Translations under genes and position numbers: made by a program
Notes under the pieces: generated by a model
Databases searched by the model: none
Told to the model about the DNA's origin: nothing
The model's input: the letters and a program-made list of their open reading frames with translations, nothing else
Source of the DNA: Octopus vulgaris
Taxonomy: Eukaryota
Length of the DNA stretch: 64,000 nucleotides
Direction of reading: 5' to 3'
Assembly: GCA_951406725.2 (NCBI GenBank)
Contig: OX597827.1
Span: 15,190,001 to 15,254,000 of the forward strand
In this document: positions 63,150 through 64,000 of the stretch, one piece after another
How positions within the stretch are numbered: position 1 is the first letter of the stretch
Layout: every line of letters begins with the position of its first letter

Positions 63150-63570
63150 ACTCTCTTTACTCTTTTACTCTTTTACTTGTTTCAGTCATGTGACTGTGGC
63201 CATGCTGGAGCACCGCCTTTAGTCAAACAAATCGACCCAGGACTTATTCTTTGTAAGCCTAGTACTTAATCTAGCGGTCTCTTTTTGCCGAACCGCTAAG
63301 TTACGGGGACGTAAACACACCACCATTGGTTGTCAAGCGATGTTGGGGGGACAAACAGACACACACACACACGCAATATATATATATATATATATATATA
63401 TACGACGGGCTTCTTTTTTAGTTTCCGTCTACCAAATCCACTCACAAGGCTTTGGTCGGCCCAAGGCTATAGTAGAAGACACTTGCCCAAGGTGCCACAC
63501 AGTGGGACTGAACCCGGAACCATGTGGTTGGTTAGCAAGCTACTTACCACACAGCCACTCTTGCCCCTAG
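63150..63570 (-). mobile_element. SINE family A
   Basis: Full length. Confidence 0.9.
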
Positions 63571-63964
63571 CATACTATAGTATAAAACATCAATCTTCAG
63601 CTTTTGTAAAGTAGAGGGTTCCACTGACAATTCTCTAATTGGGCTCTGCACTTCCTAGCATTGACTATTGCATTTATACATCAATGACAAAATTGATATG
63701 GCTTCATGTTGCTACTATTAATCTGAAGGTCAAGGTTACTCATATATGGCACTGCAGTCATGAGTAAAAATGTTAATATATTCCAAACCAAAGTTGTTTT
63801 AAGTAGTGTTTGCCTTGTTATTATCAGTCTCATGTTTTTACAATGAAGTAAAAAATCAAAAATTCATATTTTCATTTTATATTTGAAAAATTATGTTTAT
63901 TTAAAATTATTTCAATAAATTTAATGTTATATTTACATTTAAATATTTTTTCTTTATACTGCAG

Positions 63965-64000
63965 GTTTACCAAAATTTCCCAGAACACCTGAAATTACTC
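63965..64000 (+). CDS. probable internal exon start (runs off the window), product unknown
   Basis: Strong acceptor ttttttctttatactgcag| after an AT-rich intron-like stretch; open frame (G)LPKFPRTPEIT. Confidence 0.35.

Overview
AT-rich, repeat-dominated eukaryotic DNA. The SINE repertoire and (TA)/(CA)/(GA) microsatellite load look like an octopod (Octopus-like) genome; this comes from recognising the repeats, not from a search. There is no intact long protein-coding gene, and almost all listed ORFs are microsatellite or SINE artefacts. Contents: three recurring tRNA-derived SINE families (called A, B and C here); 3' fragments of CR1, Tx1/L1, RTE and CRE-like LINEs; a decayed Helitron helicase and non-autonomous Helitrons; mariner, maT, rosa and Tigger relics; MITEs with 8-bp TSDs and internal TTAGGG; a tRNA-Ser(AGA) copy with two lesions; candidate minus-strand micro-exons (15.7-20.3 kb); and a probable plus-strand exon at the right edge. 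The most striking signal is a set of short Penelope-like/retrozyme elements sitting mostly in (TA)n tracts. Many are palindromic and carry minimal hammerhead ribozyme motifs. One is a tandem 362-nt unit with a U3:A8 covariant core whose inverted arm ends exactly at the predicted cleavage site. A separate family carries a covarying kink-turn plus pseudoknot RNA motif that I do not recognise.
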